A DNA stretch of 64,000 nucleotides from the human T2T-CHM13v2.0 reference genome, Homo sapiens: NCBI RefSeq assembly GCF_009914755.1, contig NC_060929.1; one strand, given 5' to 3'. Below are positions 1 through 14,910 of the stretch, piece after piece. How positions within the stretch are numbered: position 1 is the stretch's first letter; each line of letters opens with the position of its first letter. The notes under the pieces were generated by a model, which ran no database searches, had not been told where the DNA came from, and saw only the letters and a list, made by a program, of their open reading frames with translations. The position numbers and the translations under genes were made by a program.

Positions 1-173
1 TAATATGTATGATACCAGCTCTATGAGGCATAAAACCCAAACTGGCCTTCCTTGGAAGGGAGGGCACCTTTGTCGTCATGGGAGACTTTCTCTTTTCTAA
101 TTTGCAAACTGATATTGCCAACAGAGCTCTCGTTTCTACTATTTAGCCATCCTGGTGGCCTTTTGGATGAGAA
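1..173 (+). mobile_element. 3' end of an ERV1 LTR (MER39/MER34-like), cut by the window edge
   Basis: Ends in ...tttctactatttagccatcctggtggccttttggatgag, resembling the MER39/34 terminus as I recall it. Confidence 0.55.
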
Positions 174-2170
174 GTGTTAAGGCAAAAAGCAAAGCAAAAC
201 AAACAAACAAAATCTTCCTCCTGCCCCCAAATCCAAAACAAATAGAAAGCTTTTTAATGGTACGAAGTAGTACCATTAAAATAATTGTGTCAGCTGGAAT
301 CAAGTAAATGCACCCAGCATTTTATTACCAATGTGTTTCCTCCTCATCCCAATTGAATCACTCATGTTAAAGCTTTGCCCTATTATATGATATTGACATC
401 AAAATGGAACATACTGTCAAAGCCAGCTGTTGGTATAGAGATGGGATATGAGATGGAGCAAATAAAAAATATTCTCAGTGCCTATTGAGCTTTGGAAGAA
501 TTTGACTGGACTGTGTCATCCTATACTGCCTAAGTGAAAAAACTTTGTAGAAGCCACATGTTCTTGTCTTTCATCAATCTGTTTGTTAAAGTGAGAGGAG
601 CTAGGGTGCTGAAGAAAAGGCTTCAAAATGATGAGATGTGGGTAGGAGGGAGATAAAAGGCCTTGAATTGGATGTTGCATGCAGAAATAAGGAGAAAATA
701 TGAGTGGAGAAGTCAGGAGTGATGAAATATTCAAAGACTGTGTTGAAAGGCTGCTGTTCAGAGAATGCTTTTTAGAGACATCTGGTCATCATTAATGGGT
801 GACTGAAATGTGTAAGGGAGTTTGTGTGGTTAGTAAAAGGGCAAAGATTAAGAATTGGGGAGAAGAATCATTTACATGTAGAATTTTCAAATCAACTACA
901 CCAGTGTGAAATGCCAGCTGCCAAGTCACTTGTTCTTTGTATAGGACTGAAATCTGTAACTCCTTCAAAGTTCTGTTATACTCTCTAATAGCCCAAAACA
1001 CACCAGCCCAGGTATATATGTACACACATGCTCACACAAACACACATATACACAACCCTGGATATTTGGGGGTCTTCATAACTTGAATTGGTAAGGAGTG
1101 ATGATAATGAATTTACTGATTATTGAACTCCTAATTATTGTTCATGTTTCTGTGATACGTGTTTCAAACAAGGGGCAGAGTTTCTTCCTTAAGCCTCTTG
1201 ATTGAAAAATCTCCAGAATGCTTGAGGGAGGGTGTTCACTTTGGTGTCTGAACATGGTATTTGTTATTATAGTTTTCACCCTCATGGAAAGAAAATTTTC
1301 CACCATTGGAATGGCTGGCCTATGTCACTAGAAATCAGGAGAAATGTGCTTGAACTTAATCTGACTTTACTGGCATCCTTGTTGCTAGACATCAAAAGGG
1401 CTGGGAATAATGTCCTAGTCTTTGGTTATACAAATATCTGCATTTCTTTATTTCCCTAAAGCAAACTTCACAACAGATAACGGACCTCCTCTCTAGCACT
1501 TCAACAATTCTTCCGACAGATAAATTTGACAGCTTCTGTTTTATGAAATGCATTTGGAAGAGCAAACCTAATTTGCAAGGGGGAGCATATAACTGAAACA
1601 TAGTTTAAGATTGATGAAAACATATTTGTGGGTAGGTAGGGGTGAGGAGAACCACCTCAGAGCATATTCACAGAAGGAAATAACTTATTTGATACATATG
1701 GAAAGCAGTATTTTAATGTCCTCCCACCTCTTTCCTTACTGAATACCTCTCACAGTGTCAGACACTGGGCTAGACACTGGGGATGAATAGATAAATACAA
1801 TGCTAAGTTTGCCCTCAAGTCACTGATGGATTGGATGGTTATTTGATGTTTCTTTTTTCTTTTTTCTTTTTTTTTTTTTTTCTGAAAATATGTGAAGGGC
1901 ATCAGCAGAATAAGAACAAGAGTGCAATTGAAAAAGAAGAAAAAACTGTAAATTGATGTTTTTTTGTTTGTTGGCACGTTTGTTTTCATAGGTAGCTGGG
2001 AATAAAACATGAAAATCACAGAACTACTGGTAGGGTTACCAACTGCCATGGTTTCCCCAGGACAAAGGAGTTTCATGGACCATGTGATTTTTAGTCTTAA
2101 AACTATAAAATTTTTATGCAAACCTTTGCATTTTGCAAAGAAAGATCCATTTTTAACTATTTAAGTCTTT

Positions 2171-2460
2171 TTTGTTTGAGACAGAGTCTGGCTCAGTCAT
2201 CCCAGGCTGGAGTACTGTGGCAGGATCTCCACTCACGGCAACTTCCACCTCCTGGGTTCAAATGATTCTCCTGTCACAGCCTCCCACATAGCTGGGATTT
2301 CAGGCATGCACCACCAAGTCTGGCTAATTTTTGTACTTTTAGTAGAGATGGAATTTCTCCATGTTGGCTAGACTGGTCTCAAACTCCTGACCTCAGGTGA
2401 TCTGCCCAACTTGGCCTCCCAAAGTGCTGGGATTACAGGTGTGAGCCACTTCACCGGGAT
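2171..2460 (-). mobile_element. AluS
   Basis: Full dimeric antisense Alu; 14-bp TSD ctatttaagtcttt at 2157-2170 and 2461-2474. Confidence 0.95.
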
Positions 2461-3940
2461 CTATTTAAGTCTTTAAATTTCTTATTTTTAAGGAGACTAT
2501 TTCATAAGAAGTTGATGTATACTCACTTCCTTTGCCGGAATGTACAAAGGGAGTATCTTACGGAGTGTTACATTTCTTTTCAATAATATAGCTAAATATA
2601 AGGCTAATGATTTGCAGTGAGTCCGTATGGGTAATCCTGCATGGTAAAGTTATTGCAGTAGAGTAAAAAAGACGAGATAGAAAAGAACGTACTAAGGGTT
2701 ACCCTCTCTTCCGGAGTTTTTCAAATTGGTCCTTACTGTAATCCTTTATAAATATAGATTCCTGAGGTTACTTCCAAATTAATAGATTCAATTCTTTGGA
2801 AGTAAAGTCTAAATACCTTTAGTTTTCATAAGCAATACACATTAACATGAAGAGATGGCTGCCTTATCCTTCTTGTTTTTTTTGGTTTAAATAAATCATG
2901 CAATTCAATTCGAAATCTATAGTTTTCATCCTCTCTGTACTCTTAGGGCACTTTTAAATAACACTAGCTTCTGTGGGGAGGCATGCTTGAAGGGATTGAA
3001 AGATGCAGAACATTAAATTGTAACTGTGGATGATATATTCACCACTTCCTTTTGTCTTACCCTTAATTTAAACATCCTTAGGAATGTTTAAATCCTCTTT
3101 TCTTTGTTGTTATTTGTTGTTTTACTTTAGAGGAGAACTGTTTCTTGCCGCATGGCTCTTTCATGCCTAATAATGAAACAAAGCCCTCCTGTATTTCTGT
3201 AAACATGAGCTCTTTTTGTTGTTATTGTTTATTTATTTGTCTCTGACTTAAAGTTACACTTTATTATTTATTCTTTGAAAAAATGTACTTTGGTTTCTAA
3301 TGTCATAGGAACGTTCAAAATTATCTGACAATATGACTATTCGGTTGTAAGAAATGTAAAATTTACACCTGTATCAAGATTTGATGAAGCAAAGATGAAA
3401 TTTACACATCAATTAAACTTGGCACAGCAATTGAAAATCACTGCGTTAGCTGTCAGTAGGAAAGCACTAGTAAATGCTTGCCACTATAAATGAATAAAAC
3501 ACTTATAATTTTTTTTTGGCCATAATCCTTAGGTGTGCAAGAAAACGTAATATATCTTTCCATAATTGAACACAGCTTCTATCTTAAGTACCTGCTGGAA
3601 GAAAACTTAATCTTACGTTTTTGGAGCACACCTATGTTTTAATAGTCTCAAAGTATCATTTTCACTGAAATGATTGTGTTACAGATATGATAGAGATTTT
3701 GATCTATTTTATTCTATTCTGCGTATTTACATTTCAGGTGTTTTTATATCTCCCTTATACTTCTAATGAAGCAATAATTTAAGACCCTAATGCTGATGAC
3801 TAATCAATTTATCTATGGTTTATGAATTTCTAATTCTAATATATTATCTGTGATATCTGTGATAATATATTATATATGAAATAATAGATTATTATGATGA
3901 TGAATTTTCTATGGCTAATAGATTAACTTTAGATTAGGTT

Positions 3941-4680
3941 AATGGTTCTCGTAGTGTGGTTCCCAGAACAGCAATATTAGCATCACATAAAACATTGTTA
4001 AAAGTAAAATTTCTCATCCCTCATACCAAACCGCCTTTAAACCAAAAAAAAAAAAAAAAATTCTAACCCCCTCAACCGTCTCAATGGACCCCTCCTTCTG
4101 ACCAAGGGCTTTCCAACATTAGCCTGAAAAACTAGTTCAGGCCATGTTGGGAAGCGGGAGTCAGACATGCCTAAATATACCCTTTTCCCTTTTGAAATTC
4201 ATGATAGGGCAGACTCTTTAAGTCTGATAAGAAACATTTACAATCTATTCTCTCTGAAGCCTGCTACCTGAAGGCTTCATCTGCATGAGAAAACATTGGT
4301 CTCCACGGCCCCTTATTGTAACCCAAAATTTCTTCTATTGATAACTCTTTCAACCAATTGCCAATCAGAAAATCTTTGAATCTGTCTATGACCTGGAAGG
4401 CCCCTTCCCTTTCCAGTTGTCCTGCCTTTTCAGACTTAACCAATGTACATCTTGCATATACTGATTGATATCTTATGTTTCTGTAAAATGTATAAAAACA
4501 GGTTGTGGCCTGACCGCCTTAGGCATCTGTTCTCCAGGTCTCTTGAGGGCTGTGTCACAGACCATTGGTCACTCATATTTGGCTCAAAAAAATCTCTTCA
4601 AATATTTTACCAAGTTTGACTCTTTTTGTCAACACTACTGAATCAGAAACTTGGGTGGAGCTGAAATTTGAGCGCTTCTG
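3941..4680. mobile_element. MER5A-like hAT MITE split by an LTR
   Basis: tggttctc...gtgtggttccc at 3943 continues as ctactgaatcagaaact at 4635, after the LTR. Confidence 0.65.
4036..4634 (+). mobile_element. MER4-family ERV1 solo LTR
   Basis: Starts t(g)taaaccaaaa...ttctaa; ends ctcttcaaatattttac..agtttgactctttttgtcaaca. Confidence 0.8.
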
Positions 4681-5606
4681 GCTTAAGCATCTTGTGCAAT
4701 GGTAACATGATGGACTCAGCAATTCATCATAAGTGTTTTCTCTCTAGAGAAATCCAGTATGACATAGAGAAAAGATGACCAAGAAGAACATGTTGCCACC
4801 CATGTAGAAACAATACAATAATTCTCCTCTTGTCCTGAATGCTGTGAATATTTTCTAAAATTTATAATGTAGTAGGCACAGTGAGCTCATCTAAGATATA
4901 ATATGCCCAGTATAACTTAACTTTGAATGACAGATATAAGAAAGTTTTAATTTCTATTAAAAGCATTGCAACTTGTAAATGTTTTTTCCCAGTGAGATAT
5001 TTTGGGGTTCAAATGAGCTTATGGGAAAAGAGAAGATAAATTGTTGTTTTAACTATGCTAGCCAAGTTTTTCTTTAGAGAGTGATAAGGTGTGATACCAT
5101 CAGCATCCAGTGAACAAACCCAGATAAACGATTTACCATTTCCAAAAAAGGTAAGAGTATAGGGACTACTGGCTTATGGGAGACTGACCTTGAATTCTAT
5201 CTCTTATTTTCAAAGGGATTTCTGTTTTCCATTCCACAACTGTGAGCTGCACCTCAGTGAACTCTTTAAAAAGGATATCAATAACGATGCTTTGCTTTGC
5301 ATGTGTAAGCCACACAGAAGCAACTATTCTGTTATCTGTCACCTTCCGTCTCTTCTAACTATGCTTGGCATCAGCAACAAAACTAAAGCAGATCAAATTG
5401 CTTGTTTGATACAAATCAAACAAGCAATTAAATGGAAAAGTTTTCTTTTTTTCCTTCTCCTTCTAACAGGATAAGATATTTTAGGCATAGTGAAAATAAT
5501 ATCTTGGGTGTTGAGGTAAAGCAAAATGCTTCCTGGAAATCCTCTGCTCCAATTCTGTAACTGACACTCAGAAAGTCAGAGATTTGGGAAATTTTTTGAA
5601 AGCATA

Positions 5607-6147
5607 CAGTATCTCCTGCATATCAGCAGGAGATATATTCCAAGACACCCAGTGAATTCCTGAAACTATGGATAGTACCAAACCCTGTATATAGTGTGTT
5701 TTTTTTCCTATACAAACATACCTATGATAAAGTTTATACGTTTGGCACAATAGGAGATTAACAGCAATAACTCATAATGAAATAAAACAACTATAACAAC
5801 ATGCCAGCATTACTACTTTTCCACTTGGGGGCTATTACTGAGGAAAATAAGGGTTACTTTAACATAAGCACTGTGATACTGTTACAGTCAACCTGATGAA
5901 CAAGAGGACTACTAAGTGACTAATGGAGTCAGAGAGAATCTACAGCATAGATTTGCTGGACAAAGGGATGATTCACATCCTGGGGAGGTTGAAGTGGGAT
6001 GGTGTAAGGTTTTAACATGCTATGCAGAATGACATAGAATTTATAACTTATGCATTGTTTATTTCTGACATTTTTCATTTTTGGACTGCAGTTGACTGGG
6101 TAACTGACACCATGGAAAGCAAAACCACAGATAATGAGGAACTACTA
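5607..6147 (+). mobile_element. MER44B-like (Tigger7-derived) DNA transposon
   Basis: Degenerate TIRs (cagta... / ...gataatgaggaactacta), flanking TA dinucleotides, MER44-type internal sequence. Confidence 0.8.
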
Positions 6148-6734
6148 TAGTTAAGTAAAATGATGAATTTTTGTTTCTGAGCTGGAAGTAGAGGGTTACA
6201 TGGTGAATTACTGCATATATACATAAAATACATTAAAATATCACAAATCTAAAGATATACAAGATTTGATATGCTAGTTTATTACACTGTTAGACAATAG
6301 TGTAACAATATGAGTAATGATGGTATTCACATAAAATAATACAAATACACACACACATAAATATTTTTTTCACACAATTTCAGGTAGATAAAGAATTCTC
6401 CCCAAAGTTTAGATTTAGTATTTGCTGTAAGCAAACCTGTAAAGTTGAAATGATTACCCTATTTATGGGTAATAGATAACACCATACTGTTGTTCTTGTT
6501 ATTTAAAGAAGACTTCTCCCAAGAGTTAAAGCCACCTCTTCCTTTCTTTCTTTGTCTTTGGTCAACCTAATGTTTTATTAATGAGAGTTATTCGAGATAA
6601 TCATTCTGAGATCTTAGTGGAGATTACAGTGTACTGTGGACTCAAACATTAAGTCACATTGGAAATTGTACCTAACATTTATTAGAAACTCGCAAATGTG
6701 TAAAATGCACATAGTATATTGGCTTACAGAGAAT

Positions 6735-7087
6735 GTGTCTTTGTTCAACTGCTATAAAAGAATACCATAGACTGGGGCCTTGTGAACCATGGAAATGTGT
6801 TATAGCTCTGAGGGCTGTAAAGTCCAAGATCCGGTGCCAGCAGATTAAGTATCTGTTGAGGGCCTGCTTCCTCATAGGCAGCCATCATCTTATTCTAAAC
6901 TCATATGGTAGAAGTCAGACAAGTGGTTTCTCTTGGGCCTCTTTGATAAATACACTAATCCCATTTATGAGGGCTGTGCCCCATGAGCCAATCACTTCCC
7001 GAGGGCCCTACCTCCTAACACCTTGGTGGTGAAGATTTCAACATATACATTTGGCAAGGAAAGGACATAAACATTCAGATTATAGCA
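6735..7087 (-). mobile_element. MaLR LTR (MLT1A/MSTD-like)
   Basis: aataccatagactggg...aagtccaagat...tttcaacatat...aacattcagattatagca. Confidence 0.8.
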
Positions 7088-7763
7088 AGATGCGTGGCAA
7101 TTTTTACTTTTTTTTCCTTGGGTTAGAATGAGAAGAGAAACAATACTTGCAGACATCTCTGTATATCTCCCTCTTTTCCTCATCTGGCCCCAGGGACTGA
7201 GAACTAAAATACTTTCGCTGAGCTCTATATATCCTGTTAATTCAAAATTACACTTCTGTGAGAGTCAGGCCTCCAGAGCCTTTAAGATTCATGTGTAGGA
7301 AGTGAATATCGAATATTTATTTGACACTAATGAGCCCTATGCAAAACTTCGTTTGTCAGATGTGTTTTTTCTTGTTTCATTCTATTATACTCCATCATTC
7401 TTGTAATGTATAACTATGCAAGTGACATCAAATATGAGAACACTTTTGATTTATATTATTTTTCCCTACCTGTTCCATCAGAATTATTGACTTTTACAAT
7501 ATGTCTGTATTTCTTGCCTGTGAATACCACCTATTATACAATAGTTATTTCTTATGAACTACATGTCCTGTCAAATTTACTTCTGATTTCACCTATCTTG
7601 TAATCTATTTAATACAGGCAATTGTGCACATATAGACTGACTTCAAATTTATTAACTTGTATTCAAAATAATAGTAATACAAGTGAAATTCATGGCAATT
7701 AATCATTTATACAATATTATTATTATAATGTCCAGTACATATACTAGGGGAAAATGAAGAAAA

Positions 7764-7766
7764 GTG

Positions 7767-7797
<31 letters not shown>
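7764..7797. repeat. (TG)n microsatellite
   Basis: Directly visible. Confidence 0.95.
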
Positions 7798-7808
7798 TTA
7801 AAAACAAT

Positions 7809-7928
7809 GGTACCAATAAATCACAAGCCACATTTAACACTTACTTTTAAAATATCAGTCATTACAAAGGTACCAATAAATCACAAGCCACGTTAAACAT
7901 TTTCTTTTAAAATACCAGTCATTACAAA
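7809..7928. repeat. 60-bp tandem duplication
   Basis: ggtaccaataaatcacaagccac...cagtcattacaaa occurs twice with a few mismatches. Confidence 0.95.
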
Positions 7929-8295
7929 GGGTACATGGGAGGGGCATTTTCATGAAGACAGAGTCTTTTCTCTTCCTTTCTCTTTCTTTTTTGTTTCTAC
8001 AATTCACTTTTCGCCTGTAGTTATAATCTTCAGCTCATGGTATCAAAGTCTCCTCTACAGTAACTAAATTAATTGTGATACCATGAGTACAACATTTTGA
8101 CTAAAGGTGAAAAATCATCCAAAGTAAATGAAGTACAGAATAAGTACTAAAATTCTGATACTCTAATTATGTAAATATGATCTGATGAAAAAGAAAACAA
8201 TTACAAACTAATTAAATGTACATTTGAGTTGTTCATCAAAGACCAGATGATGTAGATAACCACAAATTAGCTCCAGTTTTCCAGAGTACACAGCA

Positions 8296-8812
8296 TGTTG
8301 ATTTGGCTGCCTGATGTCTATTCAACCACCTTCTACTAACTGTCTCAATTCTCCTCTGAGCCACCCACCATCACCAGCTCTCTTCTGAGGGTTTCCAGGA
8401 GAGTCAACTTCATTCTTTATTCACTAGTGAATCATATGACCCGAGCCTTAGTTATGCACAGTGATTAAATCAGAGGTGAGTCCCTGACCTAATTAGAATC
8501 ATTTAGAACTAGTGATACAACGAAACCTTTCTGAAAATTCTGGAAAGCATCTCTCATTCTTTCCTGTGGACTTATAGTTTAGAAGAGAAGATCTGGATTG
8601 GATTCACTTATCATAGAAACACAAAAGAAGAGCTGTCTAAGAACAAAGCTAGCACACAGAAGAGAGCAGAGCCAGGGTCAGAAGAGTGTCATTGTAACAT
8701 CAATCTCTATCTGAAGTGAGCTCTACTGCTCTGATCCTTCGATTCAGAAGAGCTAATAAATTCCTTTCTGGCATAAAATCATTTGATTTGGGCTTTCTGT
8801 AATCTGTAGCCG
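8296..8812 (+). mobile_element. Old MLT1 (J/K-like) LTR
   Basis: 3' end gctaataaattcctt...tttgatttgggctttctgtaatctgtagc. Confidence 0.6.
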
Positions 8813-9148
8813 AGATCGAATAGGCTCTGCCCAGATGAAGAGGACATACAAAGGGTTGGCAACTCTTAAAGTTTCTCTCCATGGGTAAGAGACTAGATTA
8901 TCATCAGAGATAGGTCATAAATTTACAGCATACCAGCAAATCCTGGACCTGCAACAACACAAACATTACTGGTAGAAGAAATGAGAAAATGCTGTCATAT
9001 GCAAAGGCATATCCATGATAAAGAAAGTAGCAGAACAAGCACTGCCATTATTGTCCATGTTGCCATAGGCACAAACCTAGCTAAAAGGTTTACTAATCTG
9101 TGTATGCATACATAATATAATCCAAATGTTTGCCTTAATTTTCTGTTA

Positions 9149-11233
9149 CAGGCATATCTCATTTTACTGCACTTCAGTCTAATGAACTTTGCAGACATTG
9201 CATTTTTAAAAAACTGAGGGATTGTGACAACACTGCAGTGAGCAAGTTGTTCAGCACCATTATTCCAACAGGATGTGCTCATTTTGGTGTCTCAGTGTCA
9301 CATTTTGATGATTATTGCAATATTTCAAACTTATTTTATATGTGCTATGATTATCTGTGATCAGTGACCTTTGATGTTACTATTGTGATTGTTTTGGGGT
9401 GCAACAAACTGCATTCATATGACAGCGAACTTAATTGATAAATGTTGTGTGTGTTCTGACTGCTCTATAGATCAGCTGTTCATCAGCTCTCTCCCTCTCC
9501 TCAGGGCTCTCTATTCTCTGAGACACAGAATATAAAAATTAGGTCAATTAATAACCATACAATGGCTTCTAAGTGTTCAAATAAAAGGAAGAGTTTCACA
9601 TCTTTCATGTAAATCAAAAGCTAGAAATGATTAAGCTTGGTGAAGAAGGCATGTTGAAAGCTGAGATAGGCTGGAAGCTAGGTCTCTTGCACCAAACAGC
9701 CAAACTGTGAAACCAAAGGAAAAGTTATTAAAGGAAGTTAAAAGTTGTACTCTAGTGTACACATGAACAATAAGAAAGCAAAACAGCCTGATAGCTGATA
9801 GAGAAAATTTTATGGTCTGGATAAAAGATTAAATCTGCCACAATATTCCCTTAAGTCAAAGCCTAATTCAGAGAAGATAACTCTTCAATTCTATGAAGCC
9901 GAGAGAGATGAGGAAGTTCTTCATAACCTAAAAGTGCAAGATGTGGCTACAAGGGCTGTTGGAGAAGCTGCAGCGAGTTATCCAGAAGACCTAGCTAAGA
10001 TCATTGATGAAGGTGGCTACACTAAACAATAGATTTTCAATGTCATGAAACAACCTTATATTGGAAGAAGATGCCATCTGGAACTTCTGTAGTTAAAGAA
10101 GAAAAGTTAATACTTGGCTTCAAAGCTTAAAAGGACAGATTAAGTCTTGTTTGGGGCTAATGGAGCTGGTGACTTTAAGTTGAAGCCAGTACTCATTTAC
10201 CATGCTGAAAATCCTAGGGCCCTTAGGAATTATGCTAAATCTACTCTGCCTGTGCTCTACAACAAAGCCTGGATGATAGTGCATCTGTTTATAGCATGGT
10301 TTGCTGAATAATTTAAACCCACAGTTGACAGCTGCTTTTTCAGAAAAAAAGATTCCTTTCAAAATACTACTGTTCATTGACAATGCACCCAGTTACCTAA
10401 GAGCTCTGATGAAGATATACAAAGAGTTTAATGTTGTTTTTATGCTGCTAACACAATCTGTTTTATAGCCCAGGGATAAAAGAGTAATTCTGATTTTCAA
10501 GTCCTATTAAAGAAATACATTTAATAGGACTATAGCTGTGATAGTGATTCTTCTGATAGATCTGGGCAAAGTAAATTGAAAACCTTCTGGAAAGAATTTC
10601 CCATTCTAAATGCCATTAAGAACATTCATGATTCATGGGAGGAGGTCAAAATATCAACATTAATAGGAGTTTGGAAGAAGCTGATTCCAATCTCCATGGA
10701 TGGCTTTGAGGGGTTCAAGACTTCAATAGAGGAAGTCACTGCAGCTGTGATGGAAAGAGCACGAGAACTGGAGAATTAGAAGTGGAGCCCAAAGATGTGA
10801 CTGATTGCTGCAATCTCATGGTAAAACAGATGAGGAGTTGCTTCTTATGAATGAGGAAAGCAAGCGATTTTTTTGAGATAGAAAATACTCCTGGTGAAGA
10901 TGCCGTGAACATTGTTAAAATGACAACAAAGAATTTATATGGTTATACAAACTTAGTTGATAAAACAGCAGCACAGTTTGAGAGGATTGACTACGGTTTT
11001 GAAAAAAGTTCTACTGAGAGTAAAATGCTATCAAATAAGAGCACATACTACAGAGAATTTTTTTTCTGTGAAAAAGAGTTGATCAATATCACAAACTTCA
11101 TTGTTGCCTTAATTCAAGAAATTGCCACAGCCACCACAAAATTCAGCAACCACCACCCTGATCAGTCAGCAGCCATAAACATTGAGGCAAGTCACTCCAA
11201 TAATAAAAAGATTACATTCACATTACTAAAGGC
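9149..11233 (+). mobile_element. Tigger1 (pogo-family) transposon, decayed, 3' TIR missing
   Basis: TA+caggcatatctc 5' TIR; transposase remnants ([24 protein letters not shown]; FERIDYGFEKSS) broken by stops and frameshifts. Confidence 0.93.
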
Positions 11234-11487
11234 CTACTTTACTGCAATTCAATTTACCCAGTGCATCATGTTTGACTAGCAAGAAAAAATCACAAGACAT
11301 ACCAAAAGACAAAAGACACAGTTTGAAGAGACTGAATTACAACCAGACTCAGGTATAGCAGGGATGTTGGAGTTTACTGTCTGGAAATTTAAAATAGCTG
11401 TGATTTAATATGCTAAGGGCTCTAACATATAAAGTAGAGAGCAGGTAAGAACAGATGGGGAATATAAACAGAAAAGTAAAAACTCTA

Positions 11488-11963
<476 letters not shown>

Positions 11964-13160
11964 CTAAAACTAACGAAGCAAGCAAGCAAACAAACAAACA
12001 GACAAAAATAATAGAATATCCCAAACGCTGTAGGAGAACTACAAAAGGTGTAACAAATGCATAAGGGGAATATCATAAGGAGAAGAAAGAGACAAAGAAA
12101 CAAGAAATATATACAACAATAATGACTGAAAATTCCCCTAAATTAATATTTGTCATCAATCCAGAAAACTCAGACAACACTGAACAGAATTGTCAAAAAA
12201 AGATACTAAGGCCTATAATATTCAAACTGAAAATATCAAAGAGAAAGAAAAACTGTTGAAGGAAGCCGGAGTTTGGTGATCAGGGACACCTTACCTTTAG
12301 GGGAGCAAAGATAAGAATTACATCTGATTTCTCCTTAGAAACCGTGCAAGCAAGAAGAGAGTGGAGGGCAATATTTTAAATGTTGAAAGAAAAAACCCAC
12401 CATCCTGAAATCTGTACCCTGAAAAATTATTTTCAGAAGTGAAAATGAAATAAGGACTTTATCAGATGAATAAAAATTGAGGGAGCTTCTTGCCCATAAA
12501 TCTGCCTTATGAGAATTATTAATAGAAGTTTATTAGGGAGAAGGAAAGTAATATATGTAGAAACTAGGTTTTACATATAGAATGGAAGAAAATCAAGAAA
12601 GGAATAGTGAAGGTAAAATAAACTTATTTTTATTATTCTTAAGTGATGTAAGAGATAATTGTTCATTCAAAATAATGTAACAATGTATTTGATTATACAC
12701 ACACATTCTGCATATTTACATGTGTTGACATGTAAGTGAAATGCATTACAGCAGTGATATGAGATGAAAGGAAATAATTATTTTGTAATTTTAAGGTACT
12801 CATACTACCCTTGAAATGGCATAGTGTTATTTGAAATTGAACTTCGATTTGTTGCTAATGAATTTTGTAATACTGCACACCCTAGGCCAACGACAAAAAA
12901 TGTATTAAACAAAGAAGTATAATATGCTAAGAAAGGGGAGAGAATAAAAATATGTATAATGCTCAATTAAAACCACAAAAGGTAGGGAGAGAGTCAAAAA
13001 CAAAAATAGGAAGAAAGAACAAGGGCAATGAATAAAAAAAGTAACAAGAATGGTAGGTGTTAATCCAACTATATTAACAGTTACTTTAAATGTCCTTGGC
13101 CCAAATACACCAATTAAAAGTCAGAATCATCAGAATGGGTAAAAAAACAAGACCTAACTA

Positions 13161-13496
<336 letters not shown>

Positions 13497-14535
13497 TCAT
13501 ACAGATTAAGAGTAAATGGATGGAGAAAGAGATGCCTTGCTAACAATAACCAAAAGAAAGCAGAAATAGCTATGTTAATTTCTGAAAGAGCAAACTTCAG
13601 AGCAAGAAAAGAGCAAACAAGGAAAATTATCCAGGCTAACAAAGAGAGGCATTACAAAATAATAAGGAACCACTTCTCCAAAACTGTATAACAATTCTTA
13701 ACAGGTATGTGTGTAAAAACAGAGTGTCAAAGTATGTGAGGCAAAAACTACAGATCTGCAAGAAGAAGAAATAAATAAATAAATCCACAATTACACTTGG
13801 AGACCTCAGCACTCTTCTATCAGAAATAGGCATATTCAACTAATTCAGTAAAGTAGTAGAGTACAAAATTATCATACAAAAATTAACATCGAACTCTACA
13901 AAAAAGAAATCAAGAAAACAATGCCATTTACAATAGAATAGAAAAAAATATATACTTAGGAATAAATTTAACCAAAAAGGTGAGAGATCCATACACTGGC
14001 AACCACAAAATCATTATTTAAAAAAATTGAAGAAGATACAAATAAATGGGAAGATATCCTATGTTCATGGATTGTGGTATTTAATATTGTTCAAATATTC
14101 ATTGTACTTAAAGAAATCTGTAGATTAAATGCAATTCCTATCAAAATGCCAATCACATTTTAAACAGAAATAGAAAAAAACACTATCATAAAATTCATGT
14201 GGACTCTCAAGGCACTCTGAATCACCAAAACAATTTTGAAAAAGAAAAACAAAGTTAGTTTCATGCTATCTGATTTTAAATATATTACAAAGCTATGGTA
14301 ATCAAAATGGCATGGCACCAGAATAAAAACAAACCTATAGACCAACAGAACAGAACAGAAAGCCCAGAAATAAACCAACACATGTAAGTTTACAAGATCT
14401 TTGCCAAGCATGCCAAGACCACACAATGTGAAAAAGATAGTCTCTTTGAGAAATGGTGCTGGCAAAACTGGGTATCTACATGCAGAAAAATGAAATTATA
14501 CTCTTTTCTCATGTCATATACACCAGTTAAATCCA

Positions 14536-14910
14536 GTCATTTAACATTAGGTATATCTCCAAATGCTATGCACATGTATGTTTATTGTGGCACTATTCAC
14601 AATAGCAAAGACTTGGAACCAACCCAAATGTCCAACAATGATAAACTGGATTAAGAAAATGTGGCACATATACACCATGGAATACTATGCAGCCATAAAA
14701 AATGATGAGTTCATGCCCTTTGTAGGGACATGGATGAAGCTGGAAACCATCATTCTCAGCAAACTATCGCAAGGACAAAAAACCAAACACCACATGTTCT
14801 CACTCATAGGTGGGAATTGAACAATGAGAACACATGGACACAGGAAGGGGAACATCACACACCGGGGCCTGTTGTGGGGTGCGGGGAGAGGGGAAGGATA
14901 GCATTTGGAG
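14536..14910 (+). mobile_element. Young L1PA 3' fragment with an inverted 34-bp piece and no poly(A)
   Basis: ORF2 C-terminus (MFIVALFTIAKTWNQPKCP...HMFSLIGGN*) plus 3'UTR; 14536-14569 is antisense 3'UTR. Confidence 0.9.
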
